Assembly: GCF_963921235.1 (NCBI RefSeq)
Contig: NC_086097.1
Location: forward strand, 251,846,001-251,910,000
Source of the DNA: Mobula hypostoma
Lineage: Eukaryota
DNA: 64,000 nucleotides
Direction of reading: 5' to 3'
Shown: positions 25,101-39,400 of the stretch, piece after piece
Position numbering within the stretch: the stretch's first letter is position 1
Layout of the letters: every line of letters starts with the position of its first letter
Position numbers and translations under genes: made by a program
Notes under the pieces: model-generated
What the model saw: only the letters and a program-made list of their open reading frames with translations
What the model was told of the DNA's origin: nothing
The model's database searches: none

Positions 25101-28100
25101 GACTTTGAACCCATGACCACTACCTCACTTTTCTTTTCTCTGCCTTTTTGCACTACTTACTTAATTTAATTTTTACATAAATTTATTATTGTATTTTATA
25201 TGTTCTATTATTATATATCACAATGACCTGCTGCTACAAAACAACGACATAGGCTAGTGATCTGATTCTGATTCTCAAATCTCTAATCGAATTTCCTCTG
25301 AATGATTGAATTCTGCAGTGTGTAGAAGGGATGGTGAAGATGAGTGTCCAGTCAAATCCGTTCACGCTTCTGGTCAAATGCAAATCGAACAGAGTCTTGA
25401 TTATAATTCCCAGCATGCAGACGGTGCCATGTCATCTAAATTCTGAAGCACCGCCACAGGAAGTTTGCCAGCAACTGTTCCCTATTACTTCCCGGCAGTC
25501 CCAAGGAAGTAAAATAAATTTAATATTGCAGATTATATTTTACAGGCTGAAGTAATTGCAGCAATTTCTGGACTTGACTTGGTAAAATTTTATGGAACTA
25601 GTAGAGAAATGAAAACCCATCTGTGCTGCTTGTGGGTGTCTATTTATTTATTTGTTTGTTTGTTCTGTTTGTTTATTTGCTTGCTTGCTTCTGTATTTAT
25701 TTATCCATCTATCTGTCTATCTCCATCTAATTATGTATCTATCTATCCGTCTATCTATCTACCTATCTATCACTCCATCTAACTATTTATTCATTCATTC
25801 ATTCATTCATTCTGGCCCAACAAGCCACACCACCCAGCAACCCACCTATTTAACCCAACCTATATGCCTTTGGACTATGGGAGGAGACCAGTGCACCCAG
25901 AGGAAACCCTGGCGGTCACAGGGAGAACGTACAAGTTCCTTACAGATGGTGCCAGAATTGAACTCTGAACTCTGCATTTCAAGCTGTAATAGCATTGTGC
26001 TAAGCACTACGTTACCATTGTATTTAGATGTGCTAGAGCCTCCAGCTCCACCTTTCTATACACTGAAGAGTGGAGAAACCAGGAAGGGATCTGCAACAAC
26101 AAGCCATGTACTGGAGGAACTCAGTAGGTTGAGCAGCATCTGTGGAAGGAAATAAGTTGTCAACGTGTTGGTATCTGAGTCCTGAGGCAGAGTTTCAACC
26201 CAAAACACTGACAGTTTACTTTTTGTGATATAGATAAATGACCTGGATGAAAATGTAGATGGGTGGATTGGTAAGTTTGCAGACAATACAAAGACTGGTG
26301 GTGTTAAGGATAGTGTAGAAGACTGGCAATGAATACAATAGGATATAAATCAGTTGCAAATATGGGTGGAGAAATGGCAGATGGAATATAACAGACATCT
26401 TTTCCCAGGGTTGAAATGGCTAATGCCAGAGGGTATGTATTTAAGGTGAAGGGAGGTAATTTCAAAGGAGATCTGAGGGGCAAAGTTTTTACACAGAGTG
26501 GTGGGTCCCTGGAATGTGCTGCCTGGGTTGGTGGTGGTAGGCAGATACATCAGGGATTTTTAAGAGACATTTAGATAGCCACATGAATGTGAGAAAAATT
26601 GAAGGATAATGACATCATGTAGGCAGAGAGATTAGTTTAGTTGGCCACACACATAAAAGTTGCTGGTAAACGCAGCAGGCCAGGCAGCATCTCTAGATGC
26701 TTCCTAGAGATGCTGCCTGGCCTGCTGCGTTTACCAGCAACTTTTATGTGTGTTGCTTGAATTTCCAGCATCTGCAGAATTCCTGTTGTTTGAGTTTAGT
26801 TGGCCATTTGGTTACTAATTTAATTGGTCGATTACTAATTTACTAATTTAATTCAGCCCAACATTGTGAGCTGAGGGCCTGTTCCTGCGCTGTACTGTCC
26901 TACGTTCAAAGGGGGTTGAGAAGGATAATAAATCAGCCATCATTGCATGGTGGAGGGCTCAAATGGGCTGAATGGCCTAATTCTGTCCCCAAGTCTTATG
27001 GTCTTACATCTCTGTTATAAGGTATGCTTCGGGTGAGTCACTGGGTTCAGAGTCTGGGGTTAGAGCTGATGTCAAAGGCCATTCCTTTGGCCTACTTCCA
27101 TACTTATATTTGCTGATGACATAAGAAAGATCAAAGATTTAAAAATTACATTTTTGTCACATGTGCATCAAAATGTGAAATGTGTCATTTGCATAAACAA
27201 CCGACACAGTCCGGGGATGTGCTGGGGGTAGCCCACAAGTATCGCCATGTTTCCAGTGCCAACACAGCAGGCCCACAGCTTACCTACCCAAAACCACAAC
27301 TCAGTAGCCTAACAGGAAAATGGAGTTTTGTGCTGGAGAGAAGGGGTAGAATGATCTTTGAGTAGGTTAAAAGGTTGGAACTACACTGTGGCCAAAGGGC
27401 CTGTAATGTTCCATATTCTTTGCTTTATGTTCTGTGTTCTAACCCGTGCATTGTTAGAATCTGGGAGGAAACCGGAGCACCCAAAGGTAACCCACAGGTC
27501 ATGGGGCAAGCGCACAAATCGTGGGAAATGAATACAGTCAGTGGTGAGAATCGAACCGCTGGCATTACAGTACCCACCATGCTGCCATGCCATCCTCTAC
27601 GCTATCAGGCCACTCCTTTGCCCCATCAGCTCAACATGCCTTACAGAGCCAACCTATATTGCTTTTAGGGTCGGGTCAGTAGCATAGCAGTTAATGTGTC
27701 TCTTCAGCACCAGCGACGCAGGTTCAATCCCCACCACTGTCTGTAAGGAGTTTATCTGGAGCTTGGAGTTTGTACGTTCTCTCTGTGATTTCTGCGTTTC
27801 CTCTGGATGCTCTGGTTTCTTCCCTCAGTACAAAGACGCACCAGTTCATGGGTTAATTGGTCACATGGGTGTAATTGGACGGTATGGTCTCATTGGGCCA
27901 GAAGGACCTGTTACTGTGCGTATATCTAAATAATAAATAAATACCCCTCCCCATGTAACCAGTTCTCCCAACAGTCCCTTTGACTACCACCTTCCCACCT
28001 CTCACCAAAACATTAGAGATTGGGAAATGTCTGCCTGATTCTCACCTGTTAACTTCCCTTCCTCTACCAGGTGAATTACGCCATAGTGAAGGACCTCAGT

Positions 28101-31100
28101 GGAGATTATCGTTACTTCAGCATTGATTTTGAGACGGGGGTTATATTCACCCAGACATCCTTTGACAGAGAGGTGAAAGGATCATACTTAATAGAGATCC
28201 AGTCTCAAGACAACTCGGAGTCTGCCCGGCCAGGCAAACAAGGACAACCCAACACAGGTACACACCTCAAAGCCATCAACTCTCGTCATTAATGCATTTG
28301 TTTGTCTACAGGGAACAAGCTACATTGTTTGGGTATCATATGTGTGGTGGTTGTCCATCCTGTCCGATGATGACAGGACATCTGTGAGGGAGAGTTTTGT
28401 AAGTGGAAGAGCTATGGCACCTGGGCAGTTCCACTCTCTCGACCCCGGAAGCCCAGGTCCAGTGATGTGTGCAATCGTCACAAACTAGGGTCTTCCTTGG
28501 TGGCAGTGGATGACCATGACATCATCTGTGCCTCGTCATGGCCTTCGCTCCCCACGGAGTCTTACAGAACGACCTTCCTGGCCGTTGGATCTCACTGTAG
28601 ATCTCATTCGCCCAGTCCACCGGAGCTGACTGTGCATGCTAGGGCAGGCATGTCCCTATCTCACCAGGGTATGAGGCTCACTAGCTGCTCTCGCCTGCTT
28701 TAGCCCACCTATCAAAGCAGTGTGCTTACCAGGGTGTGGCCACAGTCGCATGCACACAACTACTTGGAGCCACGGCTGAGAGCTGAGTGTCCAAAGGGGA
28801 CCAAAGGAGAGTGAGCTGCCCCAGAACAGACACAACAAGCCCCTTCACCAGAGGACCTGGACACCCCATACAACCCCAATCTGAAACTAACTCAATGAAT
28901 ATGTATATAACAACGAAATAAAATGTCCAAGTATTAGTAATTATGAGTGGAAAGTAAATGTATTGTTAATATTACTGGGATATTTTGACATTGAAACTAA
29001 CTCAATGAATGTAAAGATCTAATTCCAAACTGGCACACCTGGTGGAAAGCCATGGGATCACAGAGAGAACGTACAAACTCCTTACAGACAGTGGTGGGAA
29101 GTAATAATCATAATAATAATATTTTGACCAATCTGTTATTACAGATAAGACAATCCTTATCCAGTCAGGTCACTCGGCTGAGTGCTACTGGTACCATGTA
29201 ACCCAGTACTACCTGTCGCATGGTCGGGTGGTGGGCGACTAAATCGGCTCCCCCACCGGGCTTGCCTGGTGAGGAGGGTGGCTAGACACCCTGCAGGACG
29301 GAAAACAAGACCTGTCAAAGGGCAGGTGAACCCTCTCGTAGGGTCAACGGCCATCTAGCAAACACGCGCCGTGAAGTGCGGAAAGGGCATCCCTTGCATC
29401 GAAGCTTGGTCTGGTCATTCACTGCAACAGAACTTCCCCCAGCCATCTTGGACCCCACCATGCTGCTGGATCCGGGAGAGGATGTCGAGAGGGTGGGTCT
29501 GGACCTGTACAACCCCCACCCACTTAAAATCCACTTACGCACACGCTTTTCCTTTCTGAGGAGTGGGGTCAACCCCACTAACTGACTGAAGGGAACCATC
29601 ATCATCCTATGGGATGGTTAGCCAGAGAGAGGGATCCAGCCAGATGTAATAACACAGGATAAAGAAATAAGAACAGCTTACTTAATAGATATCGGCATTC
29701 CAAACACACATAATTTACAGATATCAATAAGTGAAAAACATCTGAAGCATGCAGATTTAAAGGAGGAAATTGGAAGATTTTGGAATATAAACAACATATA
29801 TCATTAGTAACTGACTGGTCCCATCGAGGAGCACCACTGAACGCACAGGAGATCCTTTTTCCCGTGGCTATAAGACTATGCAATTCATCCTCCTCAAGTA
29901 TACAAGTGTATGGTTTCATTGCACATCTGTATTGTGCACTATTACTTTTTAATGCACACTTTGAATTCTTTTCATTCCTCAATTATTACATTTTGTATTT
30001 TAAAGTATATATTTCTGACTAAGCAACCTTGCAACAATAATTTCCTTTGGGATAAATAAAGTTTTATCTTATTTTACAGCTTTAATCTGAGTGTTGGAGG
30101 TCGATGGGACTAGGCAGATTAAGAGTTCAGCACAGACTAGATGGGCCAAAGGGCCTGCTTCTGTGCTCTATGACTCTATGGCTCTAATGTGGTACGTTTT
30201 AGATTGCTATATGGTGATTCATTATCAATGGACATGTTGTTCTCTCCATTCACAGACATGGCGTATGTGAGGATTTTTGTCAGCGATGTGAATGACAACG
30301 CGCCATTTTTCCCTCAGGAAGCCTATACTATCAGTGTAGACGAGGACAAGGACATTGGGTTTGTTGTGATAACAGTGTCTGCTAACGACGGAGATGAAGG
30401 TGTGTCTGTATGGATCTTCCCCCTTTTGTTCTCATTTGAACTTGGACGGGTCTTGAATCAGAATCAGATTTATATCACAGACTTACACTCATGTAACTCC
30501 CCTACCTAATGAAGTGGCCACTGTCTGCATGTTCATGGTCTTCTGCTGCTGTAGCCCATCCACTTCAATGTTTGCCGTGTTGTGCATTCAGAGATGCTCT
30601 TCTGCACATCACTGTTGTAACACGTGGTTATCTGGGTTACTGTCACCTTCCTGTCAGCTTGAATCAGTCTGACCATTCTCCTCTGACCTCTCTCATCAAC
30701 AAGGTGTTTTCACCCACAGAACTGCTGCTCACTGGATTTTTTTTAACCATTCTCTGTAACTCTAGAGACTGTTGTGCATTAAAGTCCCAGGTGACGAACA
30801 GTTTCTGAAATACTCAAACCACCCTATCTGGCGCCAAAAATCATTCCACGGTCAAAGTCACTTAGTCATAAAGTCACATTTCTTCCCCCATTCTGATGTT
30901 TGATCTGAACATCAACTGAACCTCTTGACCATGTCTGCATGCTTTTATACATTGAGTTGCTGCCATATAATTGGCTGATTAGATATTAGAATTAACGAGC
31001 AAGTATATAGCTGTACCTTATAAAAATTCCACCTGGGTGCCTCCAATCAGGCAGCATGAACATTGATCTCTCCCCTCTCCCCTCTCCCCTCTCCCCTCTC

Positions 31101-32094
31101 CCTTCTCCCTTCTCCATTCCCCATTCTGGATCCCGTCTCACCCCTTCTCTTCTCATCTGCCCATTACCTCCCTCTGGTGCTCCTCCTCCTTCCCTTTCTC
31201 CCATGGTCCATTCTTCTCTCCTATCAGATTCCTTCTTCTTCATCTCTTTACCTTTCCCACGTATCACCTCCCAGCTTCTAACTTCATTCCCATTCCCACC
31301 CATCCACCCACCCACCTTCCCCCTCATCTGGTCTCGCCTATCACCTACCAACTTGCACTCTTTCCACCCCCCCCACCTTTTTATTCTGGGTTCTTCCCCC
31401 TTCCTTTCCAGTCCAAATAGTGGGCCTTGGCCCAAAATGCTGACTATTGATTCATTTCCATAAATGCTGCCTGACCTGCTGAGCTCCTCCAGCGTTTTGT
31501 GTAGTGGTGCTCTGGATTTCCAGCATCCACAGAATCTCTTGTGTTTCTGAATCTGGCACCTTCCCCCTCCTTTCCAGTTCCGATGAAGGGTCTCAGCCTG
31601 AAACATCAACTGTTAATCCTCTCCATCAATGCTGCCTAACCTGCTAAACTCTGATTGTGTTACTCCGAATTGAATCACTTTACACTTAGTAGTGCTGCCC
31701 TCATCTGGCAAGAACTGAGCTCTGAAATTCTGTCCCAAAAGCTTCCCACTTTCTTTAACCAGTTTATGGTTATATCCCTTTAATTAACACAGTGCCTATT
31801 TCAATTAAGCTTCTGTTTGCATGTTTAATTTTGTTAATTGGCCTTGGAAGTAGCAGTTAGCCTGGTTGGGGTCTGGAGTTTTCACTGAACCAGAGTCAGA
31901 ATCAGGTATATCTCATGAAATTTGTTGTTTTGTGGCAGCCGTATGTTGAAGCATATAAAATATACAATATTTTATACACACACACACACCTACACTCACT
32001 CTCTCACACACACACCTACACTCACTCACTCACACACACACACACACATACACACACTTACTCACACACACACACACACTCACTCACTCACTCA

Positions 32095-32128
<34 letters not shown>

Positions 32129-32470
32129 CACTCACTCTCTCACACACACACACCCCTACACTCACTCTCTCACACACACACACACACCCCTACACTCACT
32201 CTCTCTCTCACACACACACACACACCCCTACACACCTACACTCACTCTCACACACACACCTACACTTACTCACACACACACACTCACTCACTCACTCTCT
32301 CACACACACACACACACACACACCTACACTCACTCTCTCACACACACCCCTACACTCACTCACACACACACACCCCTACACACCTACACTCACTCACACA
32401 CACACACACACACCTACACACCTACACTCACTCTCTCTCACACACACACCTACACTCACTCACTCACTCA

Positions 32471-32514
<44 letters not shown>

Positions 32515-34854
32515 AAGTAGTGCAGTAAAAGACAGCAAAGATGGTAAGGGGGTGTCAGTTTAGTAATCTGATGGCAGAGGGGGTGAAACGTTGATTGCTC
32601 CTGTACCTCCTCCTTGAGATCCCCCTCATTTTTCTAAACTCCGGTGAGTACAGGCCCAGAGACATCAAACACTCCCCATATGTTCAACCTTTCATTCCTG
32701 GGATCAATCTCGTGAACCACTCCAATATCAGCACATACATTCTTAGATAAGGGGCTCTAAACTGCTCACAATACTCCATGAGGCCTCACCAAAGCCTCAG
32801 CATTATATTTATGCTTTTATATTCTAGTCCTGTTGAAGAGAGCATTTCCTGGAATGTGTGAGAGTCCTTCATGATGGATGCTGCCTTTCTGAGGCATCAC
32901 CTTTTGAAGATGTTCACGATGGAGCTGGTTGAATTTGCAACCCCGTGCAGCTTTTTCCGGTCCTGTACAATGGAGCCTCCATAACAGACGGTGATGCAAC
33001 CAGTCAGAATGCTCTCCATGGTATATATTGCAAGGTTCTTTGGTGACATAGCAAATCTCTCAAACTCCTGATGAAGCATAGCTGTTGGTGTGCCTTCTTT
33101 GTAACTGCATCAATATGTCGGACCCAGGACAGGTCGTCACTGTTTCCCCACTTGAGATGGCATCTATCCAGAGAAGTTCCTCCATCATCAGCTTGGCCTT
33201 CAAAGCAGACTCTAACACGATCAGCAAGGCTCTGTCTAGATCAGGGGTTCCCAACCTTCTTTATGCCATGGACCAATATCATTAAGCAAGAGGTCCATGG
33301 ACGCCCAGTTGGGGGCTAGAGCCTGGACAATCCCTGTCCACGAGACATCTTTGGCAGACAGTTCACTCAGCCACCCCCAAAAGTTCTAAAAAATTGGAAT
33401 ATTTGTGAATATTCACAGACACTGGGAAACATAAAAGATTCAACATCATGGAAGAACATAGGAGATCTTTCCTGTTGTAAGAAATGGGAAGCTTTAATAT
33501 CTAAAAAATACAAGGAAGTAAGATAAAATGATCAAAAGTTATGACATAATCTAATTTAGTGAAAAATCAAATGACTATATTTTAACTGTGGCGTATGTTA
33601 GTGTAACAAATAGGAAAAGAGTTTTTGGAAATTGGAGCATATTCTGAAGTAAAAACCTGATGGGATATTACAGCACAGTACAGGCCCTTCAGCCCACAAT
33701 TTTGTGCCAACCTTTTAACCATGAGCAACTTAAGATCAAAGTACATTTATTATCAAAGTATGTATATATTATTCAACCTTGAGATTCATCTTCTTACTTA
33801 CTCTCTGAGAATTCAAAAAGAAAACCTTTATCAAATTTGGAATAAATGGGTTGAATTTATAACCCCAATGCGAGCAGACTTTAGATGACTCTCCTTAAGG
33901 TTCCTTCTGATTTCCTCATCAGAAGGAACCTTAAGTTATAGTGTTAGTGTAAGCTCCCTTGGTTAGAATGTTCACTGTTTTATTTATGGAAAACATGGAA
34001 TTAATACAAGCAAAGGAAAAGATTTGGGAAAAATTATAAAATGAAGTAAATAAGTACATAGGGATTGGATAAGTATATCTGTGGGTAGGAACAAATATGA
34101 ACGTGTACTTGTGAATGTATAAATATATACAGATTTATACATATAAAAAATGGAAAAGGTTTTTATATGTAAAAAAAATTTGTGTAATACTTGTGAATAC
34201 CTTTCCCAAATAAAAAAATTTTTAAAAAGAGATTCATCTTCTTACACACCATGTCACAACCGTCCTGCACCTTCAAGAATTCAGTTCACACCACAAAAAT
34301 GCCAGGTTGTACCGGCAGTTCAAAGGCTCAACTCCAAAAGGGAAGGTACAGGCTATTGGTTGCAGTGATCACTTACCAGAAGTGTGAGTAATAATGTAGT
34401 TAGTAGTTGTGTTTGCTGCCAGCAAGCACCATCTTAAACCAGATTAATCTATCAATGAAAATAATGTAAAGACAGAGCATTGCAGTACAGGAGTGCGATC
34501 TTACAAGTCAAGTATGATGTTCTCCGAAGGGTTTGTCTATTGCTGGGTCCTCAGGTCATTGCAGAGTGCAGAACTCTGGCCACAGGGTTGTGCCGATGTT
34601 TTAACCTCCTCTAAGATCAAATCTAACCCTTCCCTGCTATGTAACTGATGCACCATCAATAACTCCAAAAGACTGGAAGTAGAGTAAATATTGAAAGGCT
34701 GTTATTAGCAGTAAAATGTGACCTCCATCATGCTGAGTGTCTGCCCCTGGACTGAGGGGGAGGAGCAATGGCGCAATCGCCTTTATTCAGGGGTCTGTGG
34801 GAGGAGCCACAGGAGCAGTCAGCAGAGGGGCATGTCCAGACAGGTAACCCAGTT

Positions 34855-34887
<33 letters not shown>

Positions 34888-37800
34888 GGTTTACCACAGT
34901 AACCCTCCATTGTTCTATCATCCATGTGCCTATCTAAGAGTTTCTTAAACGTCCCTAATGTAGCTGCCTTACCACCACCCCTAGTAAGGTGTTCCAGTCT
35001 CTGTGTAACAAAGAACAACTTCTGACATTCTCCCCATACATTCCTCCAATCATCTTAAATTTAAAGGTTTGTCAGTCTTTATTTATGTACAGTTTTTTTC
35101 TTTGATTCTGTTGTGTTTCTTTATTTTTACTGTAAATGTCTGTAAGAAAACTATCCTCAGGATGATATAGACTGGTATGGAGGAGTCACTGCACAGGATC
35201 AGGAAAACAACAAATTCCATGACATATGCTGGTGGTATTAAACCTGATTCTATTGTATGTTCTTTGATAATAAATTTAATTTGAACTTTGAATGCATATC
35301 TGAGGAAGAATGCACTTCAATCGGGCTCTTCTTACAGGAGCAAACGCTAAGCTGCGGTACCAGATTGCATCAGGAAACGTTAAAGGGGCGTTTGACGTGG
35401 AGCCAGAGGTCGGAACAATCTTTGTAGCTCAGCGGCTAAACTACGAGGACGAGCAGCGGTATGAACTGCGGCTGGTGGCATCGGATGGAAAATGGGAGAA
35501 CCAAACACTGGTGACGGTCAATGTCGTCAACAAGAATGATGAGGCCCCCGTCTTCACACAGAACGAATACCATGGCAGCATCAAGGAAGAGCTTGTAAAA
35601 CAGCCGGTATTCGTCCTACAGGTATGTGGCTCTCTTTATTTAGAGATACAGCATGGTAACAAACACCTCTGGCCCAACGAGCCCACAACACCCAATGTCA
35701 TCGATTAATCTACTCAGCTGTACATCTTTAGAATGTGGCAGGAAACTGGAACACCCAGAGACAACTCACACAATCATAAGACCATAAGACAAAGGAGCAG
35801 AAGTCGGCCATGCAGCCCATCGAGTCTGCTCCACCATTTTATCGTCAGCTGATCCATTCTCCCATTTAGTCCCACTCCTCCTGCCTTCTCACCATAACCT
35901 TTGATGCCCTGGCTACTCAGATACCTATCAATCTCTGCCTTAAATACACCCAATGACTTGGCCTCCACTGCTGCCCGTGGCAACAAATTCCATAGATTCA
36001 CCACCCTCTAACTAAAAAAATTTCTTCGCATTTCTGTTCTGAAAGGGCACCCTTCAATCCTTAAGTCATGCCCTCTCGTACTAGACTCCCCCATCATGGG
36101 AAACAACTTTGCCACATCCTCTCTGTCCATGCCTTTTAACATTCGAAATGTTTCTATGAGGTCTCCCCTCATTCTTCTAAACTCGAAGGAATACAGTCCA
36201 AGAGCGGACAAACGTTCCTCATATGTTAACCCTCTCATTCCCGGAATCATTCTAATGAATCTTCTCTGTACCCTCTCCAACATCAGCGCATCCTTTCTTA
36301 AATAAGGAGACCAAAACTGCCCACAGTACTCCAAGTGAGTACCAGCGCCTTATAGAGCCTCAACATCACATCCCTGCTCCTATACTCTATTCCTCTAGAA
36401 ATGAATGCCAACATTGCATTCGCCTTCTTCACCACCAACTCAACATGGAGGTTAACCTTAAGGGTATCCTGTACGAGGACTCCCAAGTTCCGTTGCATCT
36501 CAGAACTTTGAATTCTCTCCCCCATTTAAATAATAGTCTGCCCGTTTATTTCTTCTGCCAAAATGCATAACCATACACTTTCCAACATTGTATTTCATTT
36601 GCCATTTCTTTGCCCATTCTTCCAATCTATCCAAGTCTCTCTGCAGACTCTCCATTTCCTCAGCACTACCAGCCCCTCCACCTATCTTCGTATCATCAGC
36701 AGAATGTACAAACTCCTTACAGAGGGCAACAGAATTGAACTGGGTCACTAGCACTGTGATAGCATTACTGACTGCTAACCCAAGTTACTGGTGGATGGTT
36801 AGTTACACTGACTGCTAACTGGGACACTGGCACTGTGATAGCCATTTCCAACGGGATCCCACCACCAAGCACATCTTTCCCTCCCCCCACTTTCTGCTTT
36901 CCACAGGGATCATTCCCTATGCAACTCCCTTGTCCATTTGTCCCTCCTCACTGATCTCCCTCCTGGCACTTATCCTTGCAAGTGGAACAAGTGCTACACC
37001 TGCCCCGACACCTTCTCCCTCACTACCATTCAGGGTGCAAAATAGTCCTTCCAGATGAGGTGACACTTCACCTGTGAGTCTGTTGGGGTCATAATCTGTG
37101 CCTGGTTCTCCTGGTATGGCCTCCGATATATTGGTGGGATCCGATGTAGATTGGGTGACCGCTTCGCCAACCACCTACTCTCTGTCTGCCAGAAGAAGTG
37201 GGATCTCCCAGTGGCCACCCATTATAATTCCACTTCCATTCCCATCCCGTTACGTCAATCCATGGCCTTCTCTACTGTCACAATAAGGCCACGCTCAGGT
37301 TGGAGCTACAACACCTTATATTCCGTCTGGGTAGCCTCCAACCTGATAGCATGAACATCGATTTCTCGAATTTCGGATAATGCCCCCCTTCCCCCCTTCA
37401 CCATTCCCCATTCCCATTTCCCTCTCTCACCTTGTCTCCTTACCTGCCCAAGGCCTCCCTCTGGTGTTCCTCCTCCTTTTCTTTCTTCCATCGCCTTCTG
37501 TCCTCTCCTATCAGATTCCCCCTTCTCCAACCCTTTATCTCTTTCACCAATCAACTTCTTAGATATTTGCTTCACCCGTCCCCCTCTCGGTTTCACCCAT
37601 CACCTGGTGTTTCTCTCTCCCCTTCCCCACCTTTTAAATCTACTCCTCAGTTTTTTTTCTTCAATCCTGCCAAAGGGTCTTGGCCCGAAACGTCGACTGT
37701 ACTCTTCTCCACAGATGCTGCCGTAGATGCTGAGTTCCTCCTGCATTTTGTCTGTGTTACTTGGATTTCCAGCATCTGCAGATTTTCCCTTGATTGTGAA

Positions 37801-39357
37801 TTCTGTCATTCAAATCATTGACACGTAATGTAAAAAGAAGCCATATGCATTAGTAGGTAAGTTGTGGGCGTTCTACATGGGTGCTGGAATCACACCAACA
37901 CTTGTGAGCTTCTCCAGTACTTCCTCGGACTGTGTTGGCCAACACCTTCCTCTGTATATATCAATGTTTCAATATACATGTGACAAATAAAGTTAATCTT
38001 TAAAATGAAATGGGCGATCTCCTTCAAAGTGATTTTACAGTTTGCTTTGCCCCTTCTGCAGGTTTCAGCGACAGACCCGGACCAGGGAGCAGACCAAAGT
38101 GCCTTGCGTTATTCTCTCCACGGACAGGGGGCAAACAGCGAGTTCACCATCGAAAAGCTCACCGGTAAAATCTACACCAAGAAGAAACTAGACCGGGAGG
38201 AACGGTCTATATGGCGCTTTCTCGTTCTCGCTACTGATGAAAATGGTGAAGGGCTCACAGGTTTTGCTGATGTCATCGTTGAGGTCCACGATGTCAATGA
38301 CAACCGGCCACTATTCCTTTGTGCAGCTGATGGCTGCTTCATGGGATACGTTCCAGAAAATTCCCCGGCAGACACTTCCATCATGGAGATGACGGCAACT
38401 GACTTGGATGACCCCAAGGTTGGGAAAAATGCAATCGTAATGTACAGAATAATCCAGAATGTTCGAAATGACATCAATCTCAACCTGTTTTCCATCAATC
38501 CTTCAACTGGAACTGTGTACACTGTGTTGGGTTCTCTGGACAGAGAGAAGGAGGATAGGTATCTGGTTGTGGTGGAAGCTCGAGACGGAGAAGGCCTGAC
38601 AGGGACAGGAACAGCGACCATTTTGGTTTCAGATGTGAATGATCATGCACCAGTCTTCACACAGAGCGTCTTCAGAGCAACGATTCCTGAAAACACCGAG
38701 ACAAACACTGAAGTTCTGGTTGTGCCAGCCACCGATGATGATGAGGGAGAAAATGCCCTGGTGACGTTCAGTATCGTGGACGGTGATGAAGACCATAAAT
38801 TTCTCATGGAAACAAATCATCTGAAGAAACATGGGATAATTAAATTGAAGAAAAGGCTTAATTATGAGAAATTCACTGAGAGGCGGTTCAACTTAACCAT
38901 TAAGGTAGAAGATCTGGACTATTTTAGCTTGGCCACTTGTATCATTGATGTCGAAGATTACAATGATCACCCTCCAGTCTTCTCCCCACAAGTTTATGAA
39001 GCAGGCCCCTTGCTGGAGGATGTTTTCATCGGAACTAGGATGGTTCAGGTGACGGCGATGGATCTGGATTCCGCCCAGAATGGAAGGTTCACCTACAGTA
39101 TCGCAAACACTTCGGATCCACTCCAGCAGTTCTCAGTGGACAGTGACGGCTGGGTTACCATCGCCAGTGCTCTGGACCATGAGACGACACCACAGCATCA
39201 GCTGGTGGTCCTAGCCACCGACCAGGGAAGCCCACCACTGACGGGAAGTGCCACCATCGCTTTAACTGTGCAAGACGTCAATGACAATGGACCGGACTTT
39301 GAGGTTCTATAACGAAAATTACTTTTAAAATTGTTCTATATTCTTCTCTTTCTCTCT

Positions 39358-39400
<43 letters not shown>

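Noticed and set aside
28882..29010. 19-bp direct repeat tgaaactaactcaatgaat, 110 bp apart
   Set aside because: Could be a TSD or a local duplication, but the enclosed sequence has no recognisable element features.
30992..31609. G/E/R-rich and P/S/L-rich ORFs (also at 37306, 43469 and 54325)
   Set aside because: Low-complexity Penelope 3' UTR, not protein-coding.
31915..32520. His/Thr-rich ORFs of 201 and 196 aa
   Set aside because: Translation artefacts of a (CA)n-type satellite that lacks stop codons.
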